DNA of 64,000 nt from an uncultured Chloroflexia bacterium (GCA_963774265.1 CAVZDU010000002.1:384001-448000), one strand, 5' to 3'; positions 51,815-62,613 are shown, counted from the first letter of the stretch. The notes: generated by a model not told the origin, from the letters alone. Program-made: numbers and translations.

Positions 51815-53138
51815 TGTTCCCCGCCCTCTGTCGATCCCGCTGTCCTCCGCCGGACGGTCGCCGGTCGGGACGTACCAGCCGACATTGCGCTGCGACGGCT
51901 TGAAGATAGGTCTGCGCAACGCGGTGGACGTCTTCGACAGTCACCGCGCTGAGCCGTTCAAGAAAGCTCTCAAACCAACTGATATCGGAAGCCAGCTCCG
52001 AGAAGCCCAACCAGTAGCCCTGGTCGGTGACGCTCTCGCTCGAGTAGGCAAACTGCGCGCGTGTCTGCTTGATCGCCCGCTGCAGTTCCGCGTGGCTGAT
52101 CGGCTCATCAACCATGCGCTGGATCTCCGCCAGCAACGCAGCTTCGACCTCGCCCAGCGTGCGTCCCTGGCGGATCGTCGTCGAGAAACTGAACAGGTAC
52201 GGATCAATTGTTGAGCTTATGGCGCAATCAGCGTCCGAGGTGAGCTCCGTCTCCACGAGCGCTTTATACAGCCGCGAGCTGCGGTTGCTGGTGCCTCCGC
52301 CCCACAACGACATTCCCTTCGCACCGCCCAGGATCGTGTCCAGGATGACAAGCGGATAGTAATCGGGATGCGTGGCGCTCGGGGCGCGGTAGGCAATTTC
52401 CAGGTACTGAGTCGCGCCCGGACCTTCCACGATCACACGCCGCTCACCACGCTGCGCAGGCTCTTTTGTGGTGAATGGAGGTAGCGCGGGGCCCGGCGGA
52501 ATCGAGCCGAAGAGCTCCTGCACGCGCGCCAGCATCTGATCGCCATCAAAGTCGCCGGCGATGGCAACGATTGCATTGTTCGGCGTATAAAAGGTGCGAT
52601 AGTGCTGGTAGAGTTGCTCGCGCGTCATGCTCTCGAGGTCGCATTGCCAGCCGATGACCGAATGATGGTATGAGTGCGCCTGAAATGCGCTGGCCTGCAG
52701 CGCCTCGCTCAGCAAGAAACCAGGGCTGTTTTCGTTGCCTTGACGCTCTGAAATGATAACCGTGCGCTCGAGTTCGGTCTCGTCCGGGTCGAACACCGCG
52801 TTGACCATGCGGTCGGCCTCAGCGCGCAGGGCGAGGTCGATGCGCTCTGCGGGCATGGTTTCGAAGTAGGTTGTGAAGTCGATCCACGTCATGCCATTGA
52901 ACATGCCGCCCTCGCGCGCCACAGCCTTGTCGAATTCGCCCTGGGGATACGTCGGTGTACCCTTGAAAAGCATGTGCTCAACCCAGTGCGAAATGCCCGT
53001 CACCCCGGCATGCTCGTTGCGGCTGCCCACACGATACCAGATCCAGAAGCTAGCCACGGGCGCATGATGCATCTCGCGCAACAAGACGGTCAGACCATTG
53101 TCCAGCACCGTCTTGCGGATGCCGTTAAGGTCAGTCAC
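51759..53138 (-). CDS. M16 (pitrilysin) peptidase, catalytic subunit; C-terminus probably frameshifted at ~51900
   Basis: GGAGGTG SD then GTG; LDNGL, YRVGSRNE, HWVEHMLFKGT (HxxEH) and SSRLYKALV. The natural tail PSQRNVGWY lies in another frame. Confidence 0.88.
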   Translation of the reverse strand: MTDLNGIRKTVLDNGLTVLLREMHHAPVASFWIWYRVGSRNEHAGVTGISHWVEHMLFKGTPTYPQGEFDKAVAREGGMFNGMTWIDFTTYFETMPAERIDLALRAEADRMVNAVFDPDETELERTVIISERQGNENSPGFLLSEALQASAFQAHSYHHSVIGWQCDLESMTREQLYQHYRTFYTPNNAIVAIAGDFDGDQMLARVQELFGSIPPGPALPPFTTKEPAQRGERRVIVEGPGATQYLEIAYRAPSATHPDYYPLVILDTILGGAKGMSLWGGGTSNRSSRLYKALVETELTSDADCAISSTIDPYLFSFSTTIRQGRTLGEVEAALLAEIQRMVDEPISHAELQRAIKQTRAQFAYSSESVTDQGYWLGFSELASDISWFESFLERLSAVTVEDVHRVAQTYLQAVAAQCRLVRPDRRPSGGGQRDRQRAGNNESRIISFSKENLAAQPR

Positions 53139-53154
53139 AGGTTCACCTCCAAGG

Positions 53155-53195
53155 AAAAACGAAGGACGAGAAGCCATGGGGGCCTTCGTCCTTCG
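53155..53195 (-). terminator. Intrinsic terminator after ugd
   Basis: Minus strand CGAAGGACGA...TCGTCCTTCG followed by TTTTT. Confidence 0.6.
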
Positions 53196-53230
53196 GCTGA
53201 AGCGTCAAAGGGGTAAAGCAGGCTACCCGA

Positions 53231-54550
53231 TTATCCCTCAGTGTGCGGGTGATTGTAACCCCTGCCGATGCCCCGATACAGGAATCCGGCTTCCCACATA
53301 GTCTGCGGCTCGTAAACGTTGCGGCCATCGAGCACGACGGGCGTGCGCATGAGGCTTCGAATGCGGGCGAGATCCAGATGCTTGAACTCGTTCCACTCGG
53401 TCAGGAGAATCAACGCATCGCAACCTTCAGCCAGCGCGTATGGCGTCTTGCACATGATGATGTCCGGCATCACCCGCTCGGCGACGGCCATGGCGACAGG
53501 ATCGTAGCCCCGCACCTCTGCGCCCTCGCGGCCCAGGATGTGTGCCACTTCGATGCTCGGCGCATCGCGCATGTCATCGGTGTTTGGCTTGAAGGCCAAT
53601 CCCAACAGGCCGACCTTCTTACCGTCCAATGCGCCCAACAGCTCGCGCAATTTGTGGACAATCTGGCGCCGCTGGTCGCGGTTGATATCCATGACCGCAC
53701 GCAACAACGCGGGGTGTGCGCCGTGGAGCAGACCCATGTACTCAAGCGCTTTGACATCCTTGGGGAAGCATGATCCGCCATAGCCGACCCCGGCATCGAG
53801 AAATGCGCGGCCGATCCGCTTGTCATACCCCATGCCCGCGGCAACTTCCTTGACATCCGCGCCAAGTTTCTCGCAGATGTTCGCGATCTCGTTGATGAAG
53901 GAGATGCGCGTGGCCAGGAAGGCGTTGGATGCGTACTTGATCATCTCCGCAGTGCGCAAATCCGTGAGCATGATCGGCGCGCGCAGGGGCAGATGGAGTT
54001 GGGCGACCTTCTCTGCCGCGTCACGGTCGAGCGAGCCGAGCACCACCCTGTCCGGATTGATGAAGTCGGTCAGGGCCGAACCTTCGCGCAGAAACTCGGG
54101 ACACGAGACAACGGCGAAGGGCACTGGCTCAGGCTGGCGCCGGCGAATGATATCGGCCACCCAGTCACCCGTGCCAACGGGCACCGTGCTCTTATTGATG
54201 ATGATCAAGGAATGGTCCATCGTCTCGCCGATGGTCTCCGCTGCCATGCGGACGTATTGCAGATCGGCCTCTCCGTCGACGCCTGACGGGGTGCCTACCG
54301 CGATGAAGACGAACTCAGCATCACCCAGGCCCTCGGCGTAGGAGGTTGCGAAGCACAGCCGGCCAGCGGCGACATTGCGGCGGATCACTTCCTCCAGACC
54401 CGGCTCGTAGATGGGCACGCCGCCTTCGCGCAAGGTTTGAATCTTGCGCTCGTCAATGTCGATACAAGTCACCTTGTTGCCCAAGTCAGCGAAACATGTG
54501 CCCGTCACGAGGCCCACATAGCCCGTGCCGATCACAGCGATATTCTTCAT
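53231..54550 (-). CDS. ugd: UDP-glucose 6-dehydrogenase
   Basis: [37 protein letters not shown] and FKPNTDDMR. Confidence 0.95.
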   Translation of the reverse strand: MKNIAVIGTGYVGLVTGTCFADLGNKVTCIDIDERKIQTLREGGVPIYEPGLEEVIRRNVAAGRLCFATSYAEGLGDAEFVFIAVGTPSGVDGEADLQYVRMAAETIGETMDHSLIIINKSTVPVGTGDWVADIIRRRQPEPVPFAVVSCPEFLREGSALTDFINPDRVVLGSLDRDAAEKVAQLHLPLRAPIMLTDLRTAEMIKYASNAFLATRISFINEIANICEKLGADVKEVAAGMGYDKRIGRAFLDAGVGYGGSCFPKDVKALEYMGLLHGAHPALLRAVMDINRDQRRQIVHKLRELLGALDGKKVGLLGLAFKPNTDDMRDAPSIEVAHILGREGAEVRGYDPVAMAVAERVMPDIIMCKTPYALAEGCDALILLTEWNEFKHLDLARIRSLMRTPVVLDGRNVYEPQTMWEAGFLYRGIGRGYNHPHTEG

Positions 54551-55545
54551 TTTTCCAGACTCCTCCTCTCAAAGTCACGCCATTTGACGCCCTGGCGCCA
54601 CATGTAGTACCCGCCAAGCAGGGTGATGGGGAACCACAGGGCCGCGTGCAAGACGATTGTATACCCGAAAGCCAGGTCATAGTTGACCCCGAGCGCCTCC
54701 AACACACGCGCCCCAACCTCGAAGGTACCGATGTAGCCGGGGGCGGAAGGCAGCGTGGTGGTCAGGTTGACGACGCCATTCATCAACATCAGGCCGATGA
54801 AACTGATGCTAAAAGTGAAAGCGTGCATCACGAACCAGTATTTGACGGTTTCAAGCAGCCAGATGACGATGGAGGTCACAAACACCATCAGCACGTCTCG
54901 GCCGCTGCGCAGGAAATGCAGACCGCCCATGAAGCGCTCGAAGAAACTATCCGCCGCAGCACGGAACCGGACGGGCACGATACGGCTGCTGAAGTAGCGA
55001 TAAATCCTGGTGGCTCGCGCCGGGTCGAATGCCATCCACAAAAAAAAGAGCAGCGCTGCGAAAAAGAAAACGCTGGCGATGATGACAGTGGTGCGGTAAA
55101 TCGGTGGGATGTGGTCCGCGCCGACGAATGGCAGGGCGAAAAAGACAAAGATCAGCATCACAAGACCATCGAAAACGCGCTCGATGATGATGGTGGCCAG
55201 CGACGCACTGACGCTGATGCCCTCATTGCGGCGCAGGACGAACGCCCGGATGACTTCACCGGCCCGCGCGGGATAGACATTGTTGCCGAAGTAACCGATA
55301 CAGACGACCGGGAAAAGGCGGCCAAGCGGTACAGGCTTGAGGGGCCGAAGCAGGTAATGCCACCGCCAGGTGCGTGCCCACACGGCAACAAAATAGACGA
55401 GGATGCCCGGGATGATCAATCGATAGTCGGCATTGCGCAGATACTCGGCGACCCTTCCCAGCTCGAGCCCGCGCAGCGCCAGCCAAATGAAGAAGGCGCT
55501 AACAAGGATGCCGAAGAGGATCTTCCAATTCCTACGGAGAAACAT
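54547..55545 (-). CDS. Lysylphosphatidylglycerol-synthase-TM/flippase-like membrane protein
   Basis: [23 protein letters not shown] and LPSAPGYIG. Confidence 0.85.
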   Translation of the reverse strand: MFLRRNWKILFGILVSAFFIWLALRGLELGRVAEYLRNADYRLIIPGILVYFVAVWARTWRWHYLLRPLKPVPLGRLFPVVCIGYFGNNVYPARAGEVIRAFVLRRNEGISVSASLATIIIERVFDGLVMLIFVFFALPFVGADHIPPIYRTTVIIASVFFFAALLFFLWMAFDPARATRIYRYFSSRIVPVRFRAAADSFFERFMGGLHFLRSGRDVLMVFVTSIVIWLLETVKYWFVMHAFTFSISFIGLMLMNGVVNLTTTLPSAPGYIGTFEVGARVLEALGVNYDLAFGYTIVLHAALWFPITLLGGYYMWRQGVKWRDFERRSLEK

Positions 55546-55563
55546 ACGCCGATCTTTCTACAC

Positions 55564-55602
55564 AAAAATCGGGCGGGACCGCCTACCAGGCCCGCCCGAT
55601 TT
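55564..55602 (-). terminator. Intrinsic (possibly bidirectional) terminator after the SWIM gene
   Basis: AAAAATCGGGCGGG...CCCGCCCGATTT; T5 follows the stem on the minus strand. Confidence 0.7.
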
Positions 55603-55622
55603 CAGTCGTGCCTGCTCCTGGG

Positions 55623-55880
55623 TCAGACTTCCACCGGCATCTGCAGGAGAGCTGTGCCAGCGCGAGCCAACACCTTTTCGACGGCCATCACATGGCTACA
55701 CACTCCGCGCTGACCAAAGAAATCACACTCGCACGTCCAAGCGCCGTTCTTGAATCCCACCCGATAGTTCTGATGCTTGCCACTAAAATTAACGGTGAAG
55801 TCGGTGAACGTCATGCGTTCCGGTTCCGATGCGTACTCTCTTGCCTTGCTGATCTTGGCGATCATCGCCGAATCCATCAT
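55623..55880 (-). CDS. Small SWIM zinc-finger protein
   Basis: AAGGAGG SD; C-terminal CECDFF...VCSH (CxC...CxH). Confidence 0.85.
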   Translation of the reverse strand: MMDSAMIAKISKAREYASEPERMTFTDFTVNFSGKHQNYRVGFKNGAWTCECDFFGQRGVCSHVMAVEKVLARAGTALLQMPVEV

Positions 55881-55934
55881 GCTGCCTCCTTATTGATGAA
55901 GCGCATCCATCGTCCTCATGTTTCGCCTTGAGAC

Positions 55935-55969
55935 AGAAAAGGCACCACAGCGCGACGCGCCGGGGTGCC
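55935..55969 (-). terminator. Leader terminator (attenuator-like) upstream of the SWIM gene
   Basis: Minus strand GGCACC-CCGGCGCGTCGCGCTGT-GGTGCC then TTTTCT. Confidence 0.6.
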
Positions 55970-55970
55970 C

Positions 55971-56009
55971 TCAGAAATCACCACTTTCAAATTGGATGAA
56001 GCTCGGCAT
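55971..56009 (-). CDS. Candidate 12-aa leader peptide MPSFIQFESGDF
   Basis: ATG CCG AGC TTC ATC CAA TTT GAA AGT GGT GAT TTC TGA, preceded by GAAAGTAGG and ending at the leader hairpin. Confidence 0.4.
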   Translation of the reverse strand: MPSFIQFESGDF

Positions 56010-56064
56010 AGCCTACTTTCTTCTGCGGCGGATTCATAGACCACAATTTCTCTGTACACGTTGC

Positions 56065-56093
56065 AGTATACGCCCGCGCGGGCCGAATGTCAA
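56065..56093 (-). promoter_or_regulatory. Near-consensus sigma70 promoter of the SWIM gene leader
   Basis: Minus strand TTGACA-17 bp-TATACT. Confidence 0.75.
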
Positions 56094-56126
56094 ACAACCT
56101 TAACCTACGCCAGCCCGACGATTGGC

Positions 56127-57437
56127 CTACGAATCGTTCGCCTTACCCAACAGGTAGAGAACCCGACCTCGCTCTCCCTGGCTCACGATCATCAAACCCA
56201 CGCCGCCCTGTCGTGTCCAGAGTTCGCGCGATGCCTCAAGGAGCTGCTGGCGCAGCGCTGCCTCGGCGCCCTGGTCGGGGAACAGGCCGAGACGCACCCA
56301 AAGCACGCCCTGTCGCAGCAGCTCCACGCGCGCTCTCAATTTTTCGACCGCGCCCAGTGTGTCCAGCTGCTGACCGTAACCATTGATCGTTTCGGTGTAC
56401 GCGGTCTTCAATTCGTCGACAATCGCATCGACTTGCTGTTCCCACTCGGGGACCAGGGACACCCCATACGCGCCGCGCGCCGCGCGCAACTTTACGGTCA
56501 GCCAGTTCGTCTGGTCGTGAAGCAGCGCCAGGCGGTCAGGCAGCGCCAGATCTCCGGCCGTCCCATAGAAGGCTGTGCGCGTGGCGTCTTCCTTCATAAG
56601 GGTTTCGCCCAATGCGCGGGACAACGCATCGCGTTCGCCCGGCGAGGCCGATAGCCATTGCGCGGCCAGGCTGGCGGCAGCCTGTTGTCGGGCGCTGAGG
56701 TCAGCGGTGACATCGGCCGGCAATACGACGGCCCCGCGTAACGTGGGCAACAGCGGTGACGCCAGCTCGACCACCGCGCCGGGACCTGCACTATATCCAG
56801 CAAGATTGTCGCGGATACTCTTGGCCGCATCCGGCTGCCCGAGTCCCTCGTAGGCAGCCGCGACCTGGTTCAAAATGTCGCGTCGCTGTCCGGGCAACAG
56901 TGTCAGGCTGTGCCGGGCAATATCCTCGGCCTGCACCACCGCAACGGCAGCGAGCCAGGACTGATCAAGCGCCATGTAACCGCGGGCGACCTGCAGGGAA
57001 ATGTCCGCCCGCGCGGGATCACCCAGTGCCGGTCCCAATGCCAGGAGATCCATGGCTGCCTGATATGCGACACCGGCACGGGCAGGATCACTCGCCTGGT
57101 AGGCATTTGCCAGCACCAGCCACTGTCCGCTACGAACCGTGTCGGGCAGTAGCACGCTGTAGGCGAGCGTGGCATACGCGGTCTCGCGCTCACCTGCGTC
57201 CAACGCGGCGCGGACGATGCGGTCATCCCCTTCGCCAGCCAGGGTTAATGTGGCCAAATCCGGCGCGATCAGATTGCCCGCGACCGATGCCTGCGGATCA
57301 ACCCAGCCGACTTCTGCAGTCACCTGGCGCGAAAGATAGAAGTAGGTCCCCAGGAGCGCCAGGCCGGCGACGGCCAGGAGCACCACGGCGATGATCAGCC
57401 CGGATTGGGGCAAAGCGAAGGAACGGAGTCGTTTCAT
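56127..57437 (-). CDS. Membrane-anchored alpha-helical (TPR-like) hypothetical protein
   Basis: N-terminal TM followed by Ala/Leu-rich helical repeats; long ORF divergent from the GH genes. Confidence 0.7.
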   Translation of the reverse strand: MKRLRSFALPQSGLIIAVVLLAVAGLALLGTYFYLSRQVTAEVGWVDPQASVAGNLIAPDLATLTLAGEGDDRIVRAALDAGERETAYATLAYSVLLPDTVRSGQWLVLANAYQASDPARAGVAYQAAMDLLALGPALGDPARADISLQVARGYMALDQSWLAAVAVVQAEDIARHSLTLLPGQRRDILNQVAAAYEGLGQPDAAKSIRDNLAGYSAGPGAVVELASPLLPTLRGAVVLPADVTADLSARQQAAASLAAQWLSASPGERDALSRALGETLMKEDATRTAFYGTAGDLALPDRLALLHDQTNWLTVKLRAARGAYGVSLVPEWEQQVDAIVDELKTAYTETINGYGQQLDTLGAVEKLRARVELLRQGVLWVRLGLFPDQGAEAALRQQLLEASRELWTRQGGVGLMIVSQGERGRVLYLLGKANDS

Positions 57438-57873
57438 AAAGTTTCTTGCGGCTTCACATCTCAGAAGATGTGCCAAAAGTATAGCACATGGCAGCGAGAG
57501 GTGCTAAACAATCACTATTCCTTTTCTAATGGCCATTCGACGGCGGGGAAACGCAAACCGTTCCGTTTGCAGAAACCGCGCCCGTATGCTACACTACGGT
57601 CTGCCTCAGTGCTGGCGAGCACTCTTGAGGTGTTACCCATCATTTTTTCGGGGCCATACCCGCGTAGCATCGACGGGCAGGCTCCACTCTGGTGGTTCCA
57701 TACACAACCTCTTCGGGTCGTTCTCTAATCAAATATCCAGCGGCCGGTTGATCGTCTCGCGCCTCATTGACCGCGACAACCGCGCCGGGCAGCCGCACGA
57801 CCCGCGGCTGATGGTATGCTTGGCCGGCATGTTATCCGACCAAAGATCGACGATTTAGGAGCTCATCGAAACC

Positions 57874-60800
57874 ATGGCAGTACGCGACTATCCCAGACAG
57901 TCTCCGCAGACAAAATGGTATGAGGACAAACGCACCGCACGAATCCTGACTTTCGCGGTGATCCCCATACTCATCATTGCGGCGCTGTTGTTACCCCCGA
58001 TTTCCCTGGTCCAGCGCATCTCCGATTTGGGCACGGTGCGGGTGACAGAATCCGGCGGCGTGATTGCAGATCCCGACGGCACACAGGTGGTCTTCCAGCC
58101 CGGCACGATCAGTGAGCCGTTCCGAGCCAGCATCTCGTCTGTTCCCCGTGTGGCGTTCCTCGAAGGAAGCGCGGGCAAGGATCTTCTCACCGCTGCGAAG
58201 GCGATCCCGTCAAGCCTCGTTGCGAAGAGCCCCTTCTACGAGATGAAGCTGCGCGGACAGGCGCCGGGACAATCCACGTGGGCGGTGCCCATTCCCAACG
58301 ACAGCGAGCCTTATGAGACGCTGGACGTCTATACGTGGGAAAGTGAAGCAGAGCGCTGGCAGTGGCTGCCTCACAACGTTATCAGCGAAGACGACCTGGT
58401 TGAGAGCAGCTCATCCGCCGTGCCGCTATCAATCATGGTCATGCAGACGAATCCCGAACCCGCCCTGGCGTCTCTAGATCTGGCGCAAGCCAACCAGCTC
58501 ACCGAAGATGGTCGCAACGTGTTGGCCGAGGTCCATCCAACCGGGCTGAGCCTCGCGGGGGACGGCGGCGTGACGGGCGCGCTGGACGCCACGTTCGACG
58601 AACTTGGCAGCAGCTTTGCGGTGATTCCGGTCATTCGCAACTACGAAGGGCCGATCGTCCGCACCGACCTGTTCAACAACATGCTTATCGATACGAACCA
58701 GCGGAGTGTTCACGTCGACGCACTGGTGAACCTGGTCGTGGGCAACCTGTACAAGGGCGTGGACATCGACTACCGCGGGCTGGATCGCAACCTGCGGGGT
58801 GAATACCTGCAATTCCTCAATGATCTTGCTGACAAGTTGCACGCCCAGGGTAAGGTGCTTCACGTACGCGTGGAAGCCGCCCCCCAGGTTGCAGACGATC
58901 GCTTCGATACAGGCGCTTATGATTGGCAAGCCATCGGCCTGATAGCAGACACAGTGAAGGTTCCGGCCCCGGTCGACCCGCGCGCTTACATACCCGATGG
59001 CCAATTCGATGCCTTCCTCCGCTACACGGTCGGCCAGATCGAACGCTCCAAGGTGCGCGTGCTGTTCGGCGGGCAGAGCATCGAGCTCGCAGGCACGTAC
59101 TTGCTGCCGAAGACCTACAACGACGCGCTGCAGCCCCTCTTGGGACGCATTGCATCCGATACCGCCGTCGTCGAGCCGGGCAAGCCGTTGAACCTGGCGC
59201 TCGTTTCCACCCGGCCTACCAGCGGCCTCGTGTACGACCCGAACCTGGGCGTCTACGTGTACCGCTACCAGGATGAACAGGGTAATGCCCGCACGGTGTG
59301 GTTGGAAAACGCGGCGAGCATGAACCACAAGCTGGAAATCCTCAAGAAGTACAATGTCCAGGGTCTCACGCTCGAGACCTTGCCTGGGGACGGGCTAGAT
59401 CTGGATCTTTGGCCCCTGATCCGCAACTTCCAACAGGGCCAACTGCAGGAAATCAAGAGCAACTTCCTCGTCGAGTGGACGATCCGCGACTCGAACGGCC
59501 AGACTGTCAGTGAAGTGCGCCCCCTTGGCGACGCAAATATCGCCATTGCTGCACCGTATCAGCCCGGTGCGCTGCAGGTGGAAGCAGCGATCAAGGACCG
59601 CGGGCAGGTGCTCGCTCGCGCCAACACGGACAATGCCGTGGCAGTCGCGACCTATACACCCACCCCCACGCCCACACCTATCTTCACGCCGACCCCCACC
59701 CCGAGCCCAACGCCGGAGTATGCGGAGGCAACCGCGAGAAATAACGCGAATGCACGGTCCGGTCCCTCCACCCAGTATGGCAGGGTTGGGCAATTAGCCA
59801 CCGGCCAGACGTACCGCGTTACGGGTCAGGATGATTCCGGCACCTGGTGGCAGATCCTGCTCAACGGGAAGGAAGCCTGGGTTTCGAGCGATCTGGTCGA
59901 CGTTTCCGGCAACGCCGAAGGGGTTGCCGTGGTTGACGTCGCACCTCCGCCGACTGCAGCTGCGGTCGCGGCCGCCCCAAAACCGTCTTCGCCCTCCACA
60001 AGCACCAACCTGCCCGCGTCTGGCACCGGCTATTTTGGATACGGCATTCAGATCGACCCGTACGGAGATCGCGGCCAGGCCATCGGGATGATCCAGGGCA
60101 TGGGCTTTGGCTGGGTCAAGTTCCAGCTGCCCTGGAAGGATTTCGAAGGGTCTCCCGGTGCGAAAAACTTTCCCGATGATGTCATCGGTCAGCTTTCGGG
60201 CGGGGGGCTGAAAATCCTGGTCAGCATCGTGAAAGCCCCTAACTGGGCCCGGCCGGGCAACACTGACCTCAGCGTTGAAGGGCCGCCGTCTGATCCGGGA
60301 ACCTACGCCGATTATGTCGGCGCATTTGCTGCCCGCTACAAGGGCCGCGTCCAGGCTATCGAAGTATGGAACGAACAGAATCTCTGGTACGAGTGGGGGC
60401 ATGAACCGCTCGATCCGGGCCGGTATGTCACGCTGCTGTGCCGGGCTTACAACGCCATCAAGGCCGGCGACCCGGGCATGGTCGTCGTTTCAGGCGCACT
60501 AACCCCCACCGGTCTTAATGATGGGTCAACCGCCATCGACGACCTGGTCTATCTCCAGCGCATGTATGGTGCAGGCGCGAAGGGGTGTTTCAATGCGGTC
60601 GGTGCGCACCCCAGCGGCTACAACAACCCGCCTGACGCCAAATTCGGCTACAGCAACCCGGCTGAGCCCAGCTTCAAGAATCATCCTAGCTTTTTCTTCC
60701 GTGACACGATGGAACGGTATCGCAGCGTGATGGTTGCCAACGGCGATTCCGGGAAACGCATCTGGCCCACCGAGTTCGGCTGGGCATCGACGCCGAATCC

Positions 60801-61014
60801 CGTGGGCGGCTACGAATACGCCCGGGATATCACCGAGCAAGAGCAAGCCGAATACATCGTTCGTGCGTACCAGACGATGAGGGGCTGGGGATGGGTGGGT
60901 CCCGCATTCCTGTGGAATCTGAACTATAACCTCACAGCCCCGGGCAAGGAACTGGCCGCGTTCGGTATCGCCGGACGGCCGGCCTACGGCGCTCTGCAGG
61001 CCATGGGCAAATAA
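57874..61014 (+). CDS. Membrane-anchored multidomain protein: degenerate GH18-like domain, P/T linker, SH3b and clan GH-A (GH5/GH39-like) glycoside hydrolase
   Basis: AGGAG SD and TM; GVDIDYRG, GAYDW and RTVWLENA (GH18-like); ARSGPST.Y...WWQI...WVS (SH3b); EVWNEQN and WPTEFGW. Confidence 0.82.
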   Translation: MAVRDYPRQSPQTKWYEDKRTARILTFAVIPILIIAALLLPPISLVQRISDLGTVRVTESGGVIADPDGTQVVFQPGTISEPFRASISSVPRVAFLEGSAGKDLLTAAKAIPSSLVAKSPFYEMKLRGQAPGQSTWAVPIPNDSEPYETLDVYTWESEAERWQWLPHNVISEDDLVESSSSAVPLSIMVMQTNPEPALASLDLAQANQLTEDGRNVLAEVHPTGLSLAGDGGVTGALDATFDELGSSFAVIPVIRNYEGPIVRTDLFNNMLIDTNQRSVHVDALVNLVVGNLYKGVDIDYRGLDRNLRGEYLQFLNDLADKLHAQGKVLHVRVEAAPQVADDRFDTGAYDWQAIGLIADTVKVPAPVDPRAYIPDGQFDAFLRYTVGQIERSKVRVLFGGQSIELAGTYLLPKTYNDALQPLLGRIASDTAVVEPGKPLNLALVSTRPTSGLVYDPNLGVYVYRYQDEQGNARTVWLENAASMNHKLEILKKYNVQGLTLETLPGDGLDLDLWPLIRNFQQGQLQEIKSNFLVEWTIRDSNGQTVSEVRPLGDANIAIAAPYQPGALQVEAAIKDRGQVLARANTDNAVAVATYTPTPTPTPIFTPTPTPSPTPEYAEATARNNANARSGPSTQYGRVGQLATGQTYRVTGQDDSGTWWQILLNGKEAWVSSDLVDVSGNAEGVAVVDVAPPPTAAAVAAAPKPSSPSTSTNLPASGTGYFGYGIQIDPYGDRGQAIGMIQGMGFGWVKFQLPWKDFEGSPGAKNFPDDVIGQLSGGGLKILVSIVKAPNWARPGNTDLSVEGPPSDPGTYADYVGAFAARYKGRVQAIEVWNEQNLWYEWGHEPLDPGRYVTLLCRAYNAIKAGDPGMVVVSGALTPTGLNDGSTAIDDLVYLQRMYGAGAKGCFNAVGAHPSGYNNPPDAKFGYSNPAEPSFKNHPSFFFRDTMERYRSVMVANGDSGKRIWPTEFGWASTPNPVGGYEYARDITEQEQAEYIVRAYQTMRGWGWVGPAFLWNLNYNLTAPGKELAAFGIAGRPAYGALQAMGK

Positions 61015-61160
61015 CAACACCCGGCGCCGCCGCGAGTCCTCGGTCGGCCTGCAGCGGCGCCTATATGAAGCCAAACGCATTGGCGGTGCGGTGCGTGCGC
61101 ATGCGAGAGCCATCCTCCAATACCGTTCTCTCATTTCAAGGCTGACTCATCGAGGAGACT

Positions 61161-62567
61161 ATGTCGCACACCATTGCACCCTCCCCAAACCCCACCCGAT
61201 CTTTCCTGCTTCTGTTTTTTGTTCTCACGCTGACATTGGGCCTCCTGGCGCCTGCAGTACACGTCGAGGCCAGCGACTCTGGACGTCCCAAGGAGGACAG
61301 CGGCGTATCGGCCAAAGTCACGGGTGATGTTGTCAACCTGCGGGGCGGGCCTGGCACGGGTTACGCCATTGTCGGGCGCACTCGAGTGGGCGAGTCCCTT
61401 GCTGTGACCGGCAAGAACGCCGATAGCTCCTGGCTGCAGGTGACCATCAGCGGCAAACAGAGCTGGATTTCCGGCCAATTGGTCGCCACCACCGGCGCCG
61501 TTGCTGCACTGCCTGTCATCCAGGTGGCCGCGGCGCCGCAAGCGGCGGCGCCAAAGGCCGCGGCGCCACGCTCGACGGCTGTGACGGGCTTCTTTGATTA
61601 TGGCATCCAGGTGGATCCGGGCAACCTGGGAGAATCGGTGTCGGGCACGGCGGACCTCGGCATACGATGGGCCAAGTGGCAAGTGCAGTGGAAGGACTTC
61701 GAGGGGGGTGGGCCGGGGCAGCGCAACTGGCCCGATGACGTGGTTGCGGCGTTCAATGGCGCGGGAATCCAACTCCTGGCGAGCATCGTGAAGGCGCCTC
61801 AGTGGGCGCGCGGCGCCAATCCCGATATGTCCGTGGAAGGGCCGCCCACGGATCCCAATGCCTACGCCTCCTTCGTGGGCGAATTTGCCGGACGCTACTG
61901 CGGCCGCGTGCAGGCCATCGAGGTCTGGAACGAGCAGAACCTGCACTACGAGTGGGGCAACGAAAAACTTGATGCGGCGCGATACGTTCGACTTCTGCGG
62001 GCAGCATACGGGGCGATCAAGCGGGCGTGCCCCAGCACCATCGTCGTGAGCGGTGCGCCGACGCCTACGGGCGCGCTCCCGCCGGCCGCGATCCGGGATA
62101 CGACCTACCTGGAGCAGATGTACCGCGCGGGGCTGAAGGGCGTCTGCGATGCGGTCGGCGTGCATCCGAGCGGCTTCGGCAATCCGCCCGACGCGCGCTT
62201 CCAGGACTGGCAGGCGGGGAACTACTCGCGGCCATCTCACGTCAGTGATCCATCGTTCTATTTCCGCAACACGATGGAGCAGTATCGCAACATCATGGTG
62301 AAATACGGCGACGGCGGTAAGCGGTTATGGCCAACTGAGTTCGGCTGGGCATCCACCGGCAGCCCTTATCCCGGCTATGAGTACGCTACCTATAACGCCG
62401 ATCAGCAGCAGGGCGAGTATATCGTCCGCGCCTATGAGATCATGCGTGGCTGGGGCTGGGTCGGAGTTGCCTTCCTTTGGAACTTGAACTATAACAACGG
62501 TGAGCAGGCGGCATTTCGCATCATGGGCCGCTCTGCGTATGGTATGATCAAAGGCATATCGAAGTAA
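61161..62567 (+). CDS. Secreted SH3b plus clan GH-A glycoside hydrolase
   Basis: Signal peptide; VNLRGGPGTGY (SH3b); EVWNEQN, HPSG and WPTEFGW; close paralogue of the C-terminus of 57874..61014. Confidence 0.85.
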   Translation: MSHTIAPSPNPTRSFLLLFFVLTLTLGLLAPAVHVEASDSGRPKEDSGVSAKVTGDVVNLRGGPGTGYAIVGRTRVGESLAVTGKNADSSWLQVTISGKQSWISGQLVATTGAVAALPVIQVAAAPQAAAPKAAAPRSTAVTGFFDYGIQVDPGNLGESVSGTADLGIRWAKWQVQWKDFEGGGPGQRNWPDDVVAAFNGAGIQLLASIVKAPQWARGANPDMSVEGPPTDPNAYASFVGEFAGRYCGRVQAIEVWNEQNLHYEWGNEKLDAARYVRLLRAAYGAIKRACPSTIVVSGAPTPTGALPPAAIRDTTYLEQMYRAGLKGVCDAVGVHPSGFGNPPDARFQDWQAGNYSRPSHVSDPSFYFRNTMEQYRNIMVKYGDGGKRLWPTEFGWASTGSPYPGYEYATYNADQQQGEYIVRAYEIMRGWGWVGVAFLWNLNYNNGEQAAFRIMGRSAYGMIKGISK

Positions 62568-62613
62568 CGATCACCCTGGAGACCCGATCCTCATGACCTT
62601 TCGACGCAATCCG

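Noticed and set aside
57440-57873. Riboswitch or tRNA in the long divergent intergenic region
   Set aside because: Only short hairpins and possible extended -10 elements; no recognisable consensus by eye. An Rfam scan would settle it.
59650-59715. Tandem DNA repeat ACGCCC/ACCCCC
   Set aside because: Ordinary Pro/Thr linker coding sequence.
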